Shown in pieces: positions 11,950 through 24,370 of a stretch of DNA of 64,000 bases. The stretch's first letter is position 1. Each line of letters begins with the position of its first letter. The DNA comes from Anthoceros angustus. Its lineage: Eukaryota > Plantae > Anthocerotophyta. Made by a program: the position numbers and the translations under genes. The notes beneath the pieces were generated by a model. It was not told the origin of the DNA and did not search any database. It saw nothing but the letters and a program-made list of their open reading frames with translations. The stretch lies in contig MU008152.1 in NCBI GenBank assembly GCA_010909165.1, positions 1-64,000 on the forward strand, read 5' to 3'.

Positions 11950-14900
11950 ACCATACCCAAACCCCCACTGGAAGACTCGGCCACCGCAGCGGGCTGGTTC
12001 AACCACCGTGGCGGGTCCCACCACCTTGACTATTTGTCACCGACTCTCCCGCAGACCTTGGGGCTATGGACACACGCCCACATGCCCCTCACCTCGCCTC
12101 CTGAATTTCCGGATCCTTCCGGAGCTATGCACCACGACTCTAGTGCCGCGCCACCACCCGCCGCCCGCCCCGCGATTCCACCACTCACTTCCACTCTCCC
12201 CTAACCATTTCCCTATCTTCCCACACGCACACACAATCCCTCAACAAGACTACCTTTCTGGGACCTTCCTTCCTAAATAAATCTTCTCTCCTCTCACGGG
12301 CCACAGACCCCTCCTTGGGCCACATTGCACTCCACAGACTCCTTGGGCCACACAGACCCCCTCTTGGAATGAAACACACTGGCAAATGGGAAAGAAGGAT
12401 CAGAAAGAAAACACTGGCCGGGCTTGGCGATTTCCTCAGCTCCGCCTCAACCTTCGCAACCCTACCTTTTCCCGACGGCCACACCCCAGCGTGGAGCTTG
12501 GCCACCCGCCTCGACCATCCAGGATCTTCCCGCCTTCTTGTGACGAGAAGGTGCATCGAACGAGTTTGATGCCGATCGACGCCTCCAACCAACCTCGCAT
12601 AGCTTCAACACACGTTCACACCGAATTGTCTAAGAGAGACTCAAGGGTCTCTTATACATTCACCGTGGATTTCCACACACCCTACCAAAGGTTCAGAAAA
12701 TATGGCCCACTACCACGAGCGCCCTACCAATTCAGAACTACAGCTCCGGGTCCTCAAAACATCCTATCCCTACCCCAAAAGAAGCCTCCGCCTATGATGT
12801 CGCTCCCCTAAAATCACGTTGCTGGGGTTGCTGCCTAGCCTCGGCCGGGGGTTCCTGCCCGCCCGCCCGATCCGAGCGATTCTCCCCAAACCTCCACTCC
12901 ACCGCCGCAGCGGCCTTCCCATGGGCGCTGCCTATAGGCCCTATGCCCGTTATTCCGCCTCATCACGGACAGCCACACCGTGTGCCTCCTCCACGCCTGC
13001 CTCCGCCGCCATTTCCTCGATCACCACTTGGGGTAGGCCCCGCCCCTGCTGAAGAACCATCGTAAACGCCTGCGGCCAAGATGTGCAGCCAATAGTTTCT
13101 CCCTCCCCAACAACCACATACATTTAGAGTGAGCACCTGGCCACCATGCAGTGTGGCTGTGGACATGAGCATCCTCATCCGACGCAGAGCACAATACGCC
13201 TTCGCCAGAGGTTCTTACCTCTCCCGTGGACAATCGAGCCGGCCCGAATCTGTGGGATCGTGATCCCCACCGCAGCCGCCTGCCGTGACTTCCCCACCCG
13301 GTTCCTCCTTCCGCGACGGTTTTTTAGCCACCGTGGTGGTAGTTTCCACGGGTGGCTTCGCCATGCGCGGCTCGCCTTCTTCTGCTTGGCCACCTCTGAC
13401 TCGGCCCTAGCTTCATCTCTCTCTCGCTATCTCTCCGCCCTTGAATTTCTCCAGGCGCCATTGTTTCCATTTGTTCCCCGGCTCATGAGACCTCATCTTG
13501 AAGCTCATTGTGGCATGCGCCCTTGACCGATTCACTAAGGCCTCCTGCTGGGTGGACATGGCCTTAGCCGCCTCGTGCCTTGCATAGGGCCGCCTCGACC
13601 CCTCCTCAAGGCCCTCCGCCACCTTGTTCTCGCCAGGCTCCAACTTCCTTGAGCAACTTTTCCTTGGTGACACTCGCCTGTGAGAGCCATGTCGAGGAGA
13701 TCCGCCTGCCTCGAGCCATGGTCAAGTCGGCCTCAGATTCCCGAATCACGGCCCATTCCTCCACAACACCGACGCGTGTCACCGCTCCACTCCACTTCAC
13801 CGGACGTTGAAATGTCGCCAAAATGTTCCGAGTCTCCGGACTTGGCTATCAAACTAACCTCTTCTTCTAGGGGTTGGTTTGCCACTACTTCCTCATCCGC
13901 CCTCTCTCCTAGCGCGACTCTCCTCGCACCGAGGGGAACAACTTGTCGCTTCCTTTATTTTCTCCTCCTTCACTGCTCCGCCGATTTCGACCGGTGACCC
14001 TAGGTGTGGGGTTCCTCTTCACGGGCCGCCTTCCCTTCGCCGACCCTGCTCACCGCCTCCGCTTGCCCTTGGAAACCTCCCCACCTTCATCCGAATCTCT
14101 AGGGAGGCGATTCCCAATCACCGGAATCCTTCCCTAATCTTCCTTACACTCCTCCTCCTCTACCTTGAGTTCCTCGACCGGCTTCCTATGAAGGGCGTAT
14201 ACGCCCAACTCCGCTAGACACCCGAATAATGCGCGAATACATGAATTAGAAAAGGTGAAATCAAGGAGGGCCGAGGGAAGGGAGAAATTCGCCTCTCCTC
14301 AGCTCTTTCAAAGATCATCCGCCTCAATCGATTTGTGTACCTTTAACCACCTCATGAAGAAAGACCGTGAAGTGGTCCGCCATATGATCCAACTTCCGCT
14401 CAGAAACACAAAATCCACTTGGCTAATCCCACCACCGCATAGAGTTGGCGAGTCACCCATCCATTGTTCACCTCACTTCCAGTTCATGAGCGCAGCCACG
14501 CAGCCTCGTGGTCTTTCTCCGGGGATCACCAAGCTTCCATCCTCCGATGCTTCTCGCCCATACATCGCTCGAAAGAGCCCCAAATCCTGTGCCTCTTCCT
14601 CGGCCTCCTTGCAACTTGGTTCTCAATTGCCGGGCGACTCTTGCACCAATGCCGAGTGTCACCATTTCTTCTCCATAAATTCAGCCCCGCACTCAGACCG
14701 CCACCTCACCTTCCAAAGGGTCCATGTTGGGCCACCGCATGGTGGGAATTTCCGCAGGCGCCATCTCCTTTCTCCTTGTTTCTCCAGAAAAGAACCCGAC
14801 CTCCCGCAGACCCGGAAAAAGGGACACCACCGCACGCCTCCTCCACTCTGGGCGCCTTGCCCGCTTTTTTCCTTCGCTATTTCGCCACTACCGTTTCCTC

Positions 14901-16680
14901 CGCCACCGCTGCCGCTGATCGGCTGCCCTACCCGCACAACGCAACAGACTCGCCCGGGCAGCGCGCGCGCGCCCAGTCAGCCCGCCTCCGACGCCTGCCT
15001 GAAATTCACCATGCGGTGTGTGCCGCCTCGCCTGCCCGCGCGCCCGCCCGCCACTAGGGTTGTAAACGCCCGCTCTTCGCCACCGTGGTGGAACTGCTAC
15101 CTCCCGCTTGATCACAAGAATGTGGCAAGATGTAACATATATAGACACTTTCTTATTTCTAAAATCACCAAAACCCAAGGACTCTATCTCCGACCTACCT
15201 ATCCGGGTCGAAAACCTAAGGTTCAAAAAGAAATTATTATCCCAAGGGCCAAGGACCATTCTCGATAAAAGACCTTACCCAGCGATTCTCAAAGCACTTT
15301 GCTATACAAACACTCCCAAAACAAAAAATCGCTCATCCCGACACTTCGAGAGGGTTAGTGTATATGTGGTCTTCCACATACTCCTTCTCATTTGTTGGCC
15401 CTCGCCAACTTATTGGTAATATTTTTAACTCGCCAACCGTTGACTCTAGTTAGGGCGATCCATTCAACCGCACTGGATAGATCCGCTTGTCGAAAACCTC
15501 CAAGACTTTGTAGGGTCCCATCCACCTTAGATGTAACTTACCCGGAAAATGCATGTATGCTATCATACAATAGAGCCAGTCCCTGTGAACAACATACTCT
15601 TGGCGCTACCGCTTATCATGCCATTCCTTCCTTCTAACATCCCGTAACGCTTGTTCTTCTCCGTGTGTCTTATTTAATCCAACCAACCTCTCCAATGGCT
15701 TTCCTCCACCTAAGATTCGACTTGTTTCTCGTGACTGAGGGTGGGTACTCAACTCTATTGGCATGACGGTGAGTGTCCATATGTAAGGTAATACGGGTCT
15801 CATGTTGTCACCTTTCCGCGGTTCAGATGCCCAAAGTGCCGAATGCGCTTCATCCTATATATAATCGATGAGCTTGGTCTCTTGCACAACAAGCCGCTTG
15901 CCTTCTCTGCCCCATTGGCCTTTGGGTTGTAGGGAGTGGTCTTCCGTGATCAACGCTTGAAGTGATCGTCATATTAGAGATTACCCGATTGACGAATGCG
16001 CACTCTATCACTCATCACCCAATGGGCAGCCATATCTAGTGATGATTTGCTCAAACAGAACTCGCCACCACGTCACGAATCCACCCAGCGCTTGCGCCCA
16101 CCATCCGCGTACAGAATCTGGCTACCGTGACCGTGTATGTCTTGTTTTAATGGATGGGCCCGACAAAATCGATCCCCATTTCTCGAATGGTGCCAAGGCA
16201 AGTATGGGGACAAGGCCATTGAGTTGTGGCGGTTTGACTTTTGACAAAGGCCACACTTTTACGAATTCCTTGGCATCCTTGTACATGGTAGGCCACCAAT
16301 AGCAGCCTCCTGCAATTTTCCCGCATGTGACAATGAGCTCAAGATCGCTCGCTATGCACTACAACCGCCTCCTCGCCATCCGGACCTACTCGTATAAGTT
16401 CGCATCAGAGTGGTCTTGAGTAGTGGACGAGCACTGCTTCGTGCTTTGGGAAGATGAAGGATTTGACCCGCTGATAATCATATCTCCGATATGTTGGTCT
16501 TGGCGAAACCTCTCCTCCCTTCTCAATCGATGCCGGCTTCCACCCTTATTTCCTTCCAAACCTTCACCCTCGCCAAAACAATGTCTCATCGGAAAATCAT
16601 CTTCCGGGGCCCACCGCTTCGCTGGGATATGAAGTCGGCTTGACATGCTTCCCGCCTCTCGCCTCTACCGGAAAGAAAAC
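11950..16680 (-). mobile_element. Degenerate Ty3/gypsy LTR retrotransposon (integrase plus 3' accessory ORF region)
   Basis: Minus strand reads YWWPTMYKDAKEFV, PILALAPFEKWGIDFVGP (~16150-16300), RKTTPYNPKANGQ (~15910-15945) and WMGPYKV (~15510). A charged/coiled-coil accessory ORF remnant lies at ~13000-14770. Boundaries approximate. Confidence 0.8.
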
Positions 16681-16724
16681 TCGAGCAAGAGGATCCATAT
16701 CCGTCCGAAAGGTCGTTGTGGACT

Positions 16725-18630
16725 ATGGACTCTTGGGGTAGGAATTAGGTGGGGTTTGGTAGGTTGAATAGTAAAATATAATAGCAGAATAAGACGGATG
16801 GCACCTGAATGGACCGAGTATACATCGACCCGGAGTGGGTAACGGACCCCAGACCACTATTTATGGCGAGCCCCGACCACGCCCGTGTAACGATAAGTCC
16901 GACCCACCCCGGTCAAAACAGATAAGTACGCCAGAAAGTAACTGTTGAGTCGTGGCGGCTGCATTGCGGCGCCACGGACGCCCCGAGTGGAGGTCGCAGC
17001 AGTCGACCGACTGGGGGCCGCAGGGTATTCACGCGACGCGCGGGCCCGTAGTACGCCAGCGAGGCCGAGTGTTTAGCGGCGTGAGAAGCCGCGCATCGCG
17101 CATACAGTGGAAGAGGCGCCTTCCGCCCGGTTACTTCCACGGCCGACGGGGAGGGTCATTTTACCGCAGCCGAGATAATTTCGCAGCCTCTTGCGCCTGC
17201 AACCCGGCTCGCGCCATCTCTTTGAACGCCAGCATCTTCGCCGCTCACCGTCGGAGCAACAACGCGGCGACGAGGGCTCATCGTGCCGACTCCGCCCAGC
17301 GTGAACAAGGGAGAAGAAGGCGATGGCACCCAAAAGGTCATGAGGTCCTGGGAGCCATGGAACCTAGTAGAGCGCAACATTGTGACCCGCGCTATCCTGG
17401 ACTTTGGGCCCCGGCCGGAGGAAGCGGAGGATTAGTCGAGGAGTGGCACTTAGACGTGTTCTGTGTCTGACGCTTGATGTGTCACTCGTCCGGAGTTCGC
17501 CGAAGATGCTGGCGCAACAAGGAGGTTCGGTCCAAGAACCTCCGGAGGATCCGAGGCGATGGACCTTGAGGTCCCGAGGCGGCCTACAACCGCCCAAAGG
17601 AGGAAGATGGGGCGTGGTCGAGCCCCTCAAGGCGAAGGAAAGATAGGGCCAGCAACGTGGCGTCTTTGAGGCACAGGCAGCGGACAACCACGGTGGTTGA
17701 TGCTCGGACTGGAGGCGGTAAGTGGCAGGATTATTGTCCATTGGAACACGCTCACCAAGGTGGATCACCTTGGTGATAATTCACATGCGTTCATGCCAGG
17801 GAAGAGAGGCGGGCGGGAAGGATTATCTTCGCCGGTTGGGCCGAGGCCGGTGAGGAGGCGAAGCCCTCGCCATCTGGTGTCCCATACGATCCATGTGGGG
17901 ACATTTACTCTGAAGGAGGGAGATCGGCGGCTCGAGGCCTGCCGAGCGGGCGTGCAAGGCGGGTGGGGGCCGACCCCTAAGGCCAAAGCGGACCGGAGAG
18001 GGGCGGGAGGATTCGGACTCCATCGTGCAGGGAGCGGACCCCTCACCACCCAGTATGGAAGAAATCCTTCCCTTCTCACAGTGCCTCCTCCGGAGCAATC
18101 AACGGAGGAGCAGAGGCGGGAGTTAGCGGTTGCGGCTCCGTGTGACAGCCGCAGAAGCTGAGCCCAGCCCGGACTCGGCGGGAACCAAAGAGGCGCAAGG
18201 CAGCGTCTGTGCGGCACCTCAGACGGTGCTGCCTTACCCACCACGGGTAAGAGGTCAAGAGGCGGTAAGGAGGCGAGAAAAGGGGCCGCTCAAGGCAGGA
18301 GGTCAGCGGCGGCCGCACGGAGCAGTCTGCTCCGGCAGGAAGGGGCAAAGGGCTAGCTCCGGACCCCTCACCTCAGGCCCCAAGACGAAGAGGGCAAATA
18401 AGCTGGCGGCCAAGAGGGCCAAGGAGGGGCTCGGGAGCTCGGCCTCAGACCTAAGGGCCCCGATTAGGTCAGGAGAACCCGGCCGACTTACTCGGGGCTG
18501 CGGTATGGAGGTCCTTGGGCCGTGAAATGCCCGCTCCCAAGACGGACTTTGTGGGGTCTCACTGGCGGTGTGGAAGAAACACGGTCCTGCCACCGCCATG
18601 GAATTGTGACGCTTGTCGGGGACACTTTCT
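16725..18630 (+). mobile_element. Retrotransposon fragment related to 8100-9140
   Basis: ORF remnant from ATG GCA CCC AAA (~17323) with WEPWNLVE and WHLDVF, homologous to the 8.1-8.5 kb segment. Confidence 0.5.
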
Positions 18631-20797
18631 ATTTTGCAGAGTTGGCTAAACTTGTGAAGTAAGCATGCTCGAGACTGGAGGGTGGAGTGGAGAAATTTGC
18701 TTTGTTAGGTCTGTGGGAAGAAAGTGAATAGGCTGCCTGTATTGCATTTGTAGAGTTTCAAGTTCAAACTAAACCAAATGACATTACTACGGCCCCCTGG
18801 ACTATAGTGTTTTGTTTTACTATGCCACTGAACTTTACAGCGAAATAAAACTTTACTACAAGCCAAGATTTTACAACATACTAAACGGGCCAGCTCACAA
18901 CGAGCCCTTACAACGAATTGAACTTTACAACGGAGGTGCACATTACAACGGAAGTGACCTTTACAACGGAGATGTACATTACAACGGATAATGTTATGCA
19001 GTTTTACAACGCCAAGAGGGTTAGTTAACGGGTTATCTAACTAAGGTTATATTGTATGAATCAACCTTGGTTAGCTATAACAAGACTAGAGTAAACTAAC
19101 CATGGTTGGAGTAACCCTAGTATTTAAATCGAAAATCGTAGTAAAACGCTTTGTACAAAATATAGTAGAAGATGTTGTAAAGGCTAAGGCCGAACGCAGC
19201 GACAACCAACGGCCGGTTGATATCGCACTCCGAATAGTAAGGGTCAGAGTTATTGTCCATTGAACTCGCCACCAAGGTGGATCACCTTGGTGATAATTTG
19301 CCGGTGTTCCCGCATGCTATACGGGAAAGAGGGGCGGACTGGGAAGGATTATCTTCGCCTGCTCAGCAGAGGCCCGAGCCGAGGAGCCAGAAGCCGCCAC
19401 TGACTGCCCCATACCGATCCATGTATGGGGACATTTCAGCCTCAAGGAGGGAGAGATCGAGCGGGCGCCGAAGGGGCCGGAGGCCCGCGGAGCGTGCAAG
19501 GGCGCCTGAGGTGGGGGGGCCACCCCTAAGGCCAAACGGACCCGGAGGAGGGACAACCGGGAGGGATTCGGACCCATACGCCCTGAACGGACCCCCTCAC
19601 CACCCAGAAGTATGGAAGAAATCCCGCCTCTTCTCTCAAAGCCTCCGAGCAATCAACGCAGCAGGAGGGAACGACGGAGCGGAGTTTGTAGCCCAGAGCT
19701 CAAAGAATCAAGAACCGCAGTCATTGAGCCTCACGACTCAAGGGAACCAAAGAGGCGCAAGACAACATTTACCAACGCAAAGACCAGACGGTGCTCTCAG
19801 GCTTACCCCCGCCCACCTGAGTGGCAAGAGGCTGAAGAGGCGGTAAGGAGGGCAGAAAGGGACGCCGCTCAAGGAGCAGGAGGTCACCGCGCACCGCACT
19901 GAGCCGGGTCCTGCCTCCTGTGAAGGCAAAAGGGCTAGCTCCCGGACCCCCTCACCCCCTCCGAGCCCCAAGACGAAGAGGGCAAATAAGGAACGGCCAA
20001 GAGGGCCAAGGAGGGAGAAGCTTGAGTCAAGACTCAGACCTAAGGGCCCCGATTAGGTCCGAGAACCCGGACTTACTCCCGGACTGCAGATGGAGGTCCT
20101 TGACCAAAAAATGCCCGCCTCCCAAGACGGACTTTGTGGGGTCTCACTGGCGCCTGTGGAAGAAACACGGTCCTGCTACCGCCATGGAATTGTGTGACGC
20201 TTTGTCGGGGACACTTTCTATTTTGCAGAGTTGGCTAAACTTGTGAAGTAAGCATGCCTTTAGACTGGAGGGTGGAGGGAGAAATTTGCTTTGTTAGGTC
20301 TCAGGAAGAAAGTGAATAGGTCGCCTGTATTGCATTTGTAGAGTTTCAAGTTCAAACTAAACCAAATGACATTACTACGGCCCCCTGGACTATAGTGTTT
20401 TGTTTTACTATGCCACTGAACTTTACAGCGAAATAAAACTTTACTACAAGCCAGTACTTTACAACATACTAAACGGGCCTACTGTTCACAACGAGCCTAC
20501 TGTTTACAACGGAATTGAACTTTACAACGGAGGTGCACATTACAACGGAAGTGACCTTTACAACGGAGATGTACATTACAACGGATAATGTTGTACAGAG
20601 TTTTACAACGCCAAGAGGGTTAGTTAACCTGGGTTATCTAACTAAGGTTATATTGTATGAATCCGAACCTTGGTTAGCCAACTTCAGTTAACAAGACTAG
20701 AGTAAACTAACCATGGTTGGAGTAACCCTAGTATTTAAACTGCATCGTAGTAAAACGCTTTGTACAAGAAATATAGTAGAAGATGTTGTAAAGGCTA
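17675..20797 (+). repeat. ~1.5-1.6 kb direct tandem duplication (17675-19188 and 19189-20797)
   Basis: Both copies contain CACCAAGGTGGATCACCTTGGTGATAATT near the start and end with GTAGAAGATGTTGTAAAGGCTAA. They differ mainly by small indels. Confidence 0.9.
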
Positions 20798-20989
20798 ACC
20801 GAGTACGTGTAATCGGGTTTAGGTACACCATACACATGCACTCCATACCGTATACGTAATACATCGATATGGTAGAGCCTTTACTACGGACACAACGGGT
20901 TTACTACGAGTGTTTTACTACAACCTTAGTAAAGTCATAGTAAAATCCGTAGTAATGTCCGTAGTAAAAGGGCCCGTTTCCTAGTAGTG
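20365..20989 (+). mobile_element. CACTA (En/Spm) transposon right end with subterminal repeats
   Basis: Terminus ...GGGCCCGTTTCCTAGTAGTG (reverse complement CACTACTAGGAAAC). Array of TTAC(A/T)ACGG motifs, with 18-bp period at ~20470-20585 and inverted copies CCGTAGTAA near the end. Confidence 0.8.
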
Positions 20990-21059
20990 ATATGCTAGCA
21001 GAGCCTCAGAAGTTCGGTCTTGCACCTCTTCCTCGGCTACACATGTACAAGAGCCGTTT

Positions 21060-21868
21060 ACCTGCATGCTTGTTAGTACCTCTGCTTGCTTCCTCTTGAA
21101 GCAATGCTGCCACTAGCTCATAAAAGCTTGTTGCTGGCAACTTGATTTTTGCTGCCTTCGCTAACTTCTCGGATTATGTCTGTGACGCAGTGTGGGAGGT
21201 CACAAAGAGTGACCATGATTCGGGCAACGAAATGAGAAGTCTAACGTTAACATAGCTCCTTATCATTCAGTATATCCCCAGAGGTTCCTTCAAGCTTAGA
21301 AGCTAAGGTTCTAAACACACCAGTGTGTTTTTCTTTTGAGTCACCATTCCTCATTCTGTAATTTTGGAAGTTTCTCAATGCTGCCGTAACACTCATGATA
21401 TTATGTCCTGAATACAGAACTTTCAGCCTCTTCCAAACCTCCGTAGCTGGCTTAGCCCCACCAGCCTGCCTCAACATGTCAGATGTTAGGCCACTGTGAA
21501 TAAGGTACATGGCTGTGTCATTCTTAACTATCCATGCTTCAACTACATCCGATCCAGCACTATCTGCAGGTCTCTCCTCATCACCATTTTGTGATTTTCC
21601 AATGTCGGCGATTTTGAAGGGCTCCTGTTATTCGTGTAACCCAAGTGTCATAGTCGGCTTCCTCCAAACATGTCTTTTTCTTTGAAACCCTCACCGACAA
21701 TGCTTCTGCCTCAGCGGTTCCTCCGAACCTGTCTTTTTTTTTGAAACCCTCGCCGACAATGCTTGACGTATTTGCCATTGTGTGTGCAGGATTACTTGCG
21801 CCTTCTGAGGATGTTTCAGACTTATCTTGGTCGACGTCAAAGAGGTTACCAAGAAAGGATGCTGCCAT
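21060..21868 (-). mobile_element. Ty1/copia gag (UBN2-type) remnant
   Basis: YDTWVTRITGALQ...W.I..GDEERP...EAWIVKNDTAMYLIHSGLTSDML....ATEVWKRLKVLYSG....ALRNFQNYRM..GDS..KH...F..LA.KL. Contains stops and frameshifts; truncated near the CACTA end. Confidence 0.8.
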
Positions 21869-21921
21869 AGAGCAGGCTTAGAGGATCTATGGATTTTTAG
21901 GGTCCACAATATGGGCAGAAG

Positions 21922-22022
21922 CAACCTGCTGCTCCAAGATCTTGCTTATAAATGAAGAATGTGCAGAGGCTACAACCTGCTGCTCCAAGATCTTGCTTAT
22001 AAATGAAGAATGTGCAGAGGCT
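21922..22022. repeat. 51-bp tandem duplication
   Basis: CAACCTGCTGCTCCAAGATCTTGCTTATAAATGAAGAATGTGCAGAGGCT at 21922 and again at 21973. Confidence 0.95.
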
Positions 22023-22227
22023 GCTGGGTAGCCCACTCCCAGCCGGTTGTAAGTAGCCTACTTAGGCTTGCGACATATATTCTTGACTTTAATGGCAGTA
22101 CTTTAATCTTGAATGCAAAACTTATTTCTGTATTGATGATTGCGAGAATTCAAGATTGCTATAAGTGGGCAATCACATTGGATTGATCATCAGGCTTGAT
22201 GTTTTTCTGGCGCGTAGCACGTTCAGA

Positions 22228-22287
22228 AAAAAGGGTAGACTATGTCAAGATGCGAACCAAGGCATCTTGACATAGTCTACCCTTTTT
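22228..22287. repeat. Perfect 26-bp inverted repeat with 8-nt loop
   Basis: AAAAAGGGTAGACTATGTCAAGATGC-gaaccaag-GCATCTTGACATAGTCTACCCTTTTT. Confidence 0.95.
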
Positions 22288-22849
22288 GACACTCTGCTAT
22301 GCCTATGGGCTAAGAAAGATGGGTCTTCGGCCCCCATAATGTCTCCGTGAGCCAAGAAGGAGGTAAGTCGAACTTCTCGGAATAAGTTCTCTTATCTCCT
22401 CTCGTCTTCATTGTAGGATGATATACATCCTTAGACATCTAATAAGCGTGAAGTATTGCATATGGCTGCCACTGCACTTCTACAAAAGCATTTTATGAGG
22501 CTTCGGCTTAGAGGCTCTCTCACTTCTGACCTCACATGTCTATATTTTTTCAGCAAATAGATAGAGTATTTACATTCACTTAATTGTAGAAAATCCCGGA
22601 TGCTTTTACAACAACGGAGCTAAACGACCAACCAGATACCAGCAATACTACTCCTCAGGGGTCAGGCTAGACGGCCCCGCACTGCGGGCATCCTCTTGCC
22701 TCGTTCTTGCGCCCGTTCACATGTATCCAAGAAAAATAGTATGACTGGAGTCGGGTTTTGGACACAAGCACATCCTCACGGTAGCGGATTACTTAGGTAT
22801 TTTCGTAGTCGGTGCCCTGGAAGTTGGTGCGCGTCGAGCCGTGCCCAGT

Positions 22850-24370
22850 TCAAGTGCGACTGCAGATGGCCACGAATTTGTTGCTGTCCTTCAGGCTTGT
22901 GCTAAGGGATCAGGCTTGAAAAATAGGGCAGTAGGGCAGCAGGTGCATGCGGACGTATTGCCCGCTGAGGTTGTCTGTAACTGCTTGGATGCAAACTGCG
23001 CGACACGGTTCGTAATAAACTTGAACTTGAACTTGCAAAGTGTGACATTTTAAACTTCAACTTGAACTTGCAGGGTGTGGCATTTTGGAATGGTTTCACG
23101 GACTTGGGTAAAAAGGATGTGCCTTGACATCAGAGAATAACAGAGCATTCTACTGTACTGTAGCACGGTATGGACCAGGAACCCTCTCGTCTCTCCGGGG
23201 GTATGCAAGATGGAGACACCGTTGCACCCTATTGGATGAAATTCGTGTTACTCCTGTAGGCATGTGCAAGTGTGGCACCCTGGGCCAGCATTGGAGAAAG
23301 AGCAGCAGCTTCATGCACGGCTGCACGCTGATGCATTTGTTGCTCGAAGTTTGGTAGTCATGTAAGCAACATTTGCAGACTGATTGTGACGGACTTGGCC
23401 AGAAAGATGTGGTGGCGTGGAATGTCATGATAGCACAATTTTCCCAGCAGGGCAAGGCCCAGGAAGCCCTCCGACTGTGTACTGTTATGCAAGAGGACGG
23501 CACGGCTGTATTCGACGTCGTGACGCTTGTGGGATCCTGCAGGCATGTGCAAGTGTGGGCTCGCCAGCTTTTGGAGCAAACGAAGCAGCTTCTTGCACAA
23601 ATTAGAGAAGAAGAACATCAAGCGAAGGTGTTTGTAGCCAGCAGTCTGGTAAGCGTGTGTGGCCGCATAGAGGATGCGCAGAGAACTTTTGACGGGCTTG
23701 GTTGAAAATATGCGGTGACAAGGAGTGCCCTACTTGCAGTGTATTTCCAGAAGGCATGGGCCAGGAAGCCTGTCTTCTCCACGGTGCTGTGTAACAAGAA
23801 GGGATCGGTTTACTCAGTTTGTGTGCCTCCTGCACAGTCTTGGAGATTGGGAAGCAGTTCCATGCGTGAAGCAGAGAACAAGGGCATGAACCTGATACGT
23901 TTGTAGCCGACATATCTCCAATGCTTGCCATAGCAGCCCCCCGCATATTCAGAGAGTGTCTGCCGACGGACTTGGTCAAAATGATATGGTGGCATGGACT
24001 CCTGTAGTTGCAGGATATTCGCAGCAGCCTTGGGTCAAGGAGCACCCCTTCCTCTACAGTGCTTTTCAAGAAGAAGCCCTCCTGCACATTTTCAGATTCC
24101 AAGAACCAGGGCTTCAAGTTGGCACTTTGATATACATGCATTTGAAGTCGGGTATGGTAGATGCCAAGCAGCTGTCTGAACTGTTGCCCAAAAGAGACAC
24201 TTTGGCCTGGAATGTACTGTTTGCAGGCCACACCTGCGAAGGAGACAGAAAAATGTTTCACTTGGTCCAGAGAACGAGAGGACGGCAATGGCATAGAGCT
24301 TATCAGCACACATTTATTGGTGTCGCTGTATGCACACAAATTTGGAAGCTTGAGGCCTATTTGGTTTGAA
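22850..24370 (+). pseudogene. PLS-class pentatricopeptide repeat pseudogene
   Basis: Fragments in different frames: DGHEFVAVLQACAK, DGLGQKDVVAWNVMIAQFSQQGKAQEAL, VFVASSLVS..GRIEDAQRTFDGL, DMVAWT..VAGYSQ, RDTLAWNVLFAGH. Many stops and frameshifts. Confidence 0.85.

Noticed and set aside
11900-12500. Putative LTR, PBS and PPT boundaries for the gypsy element (also sought for the copia element)
   Set aside because: No paired LTRs, TSD or canonical tRNA-iMet PBS could be identified by eye.
14255-15268. 337-aa plus-strand ORF
   Set aside because: Antisense to the degenerate gypsy element; low-complexity Pro/Ser/Arg content and no recognisable domain.
20400-20588. ORF with YNG hexapeptide repeats; CRISPR-like appearance
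   Set aside because: It is the 18-bp CACTA subterminal array read in frame. Spacers are far too short for CRISPR, there are no cas genes, and the context is eukaryotic.
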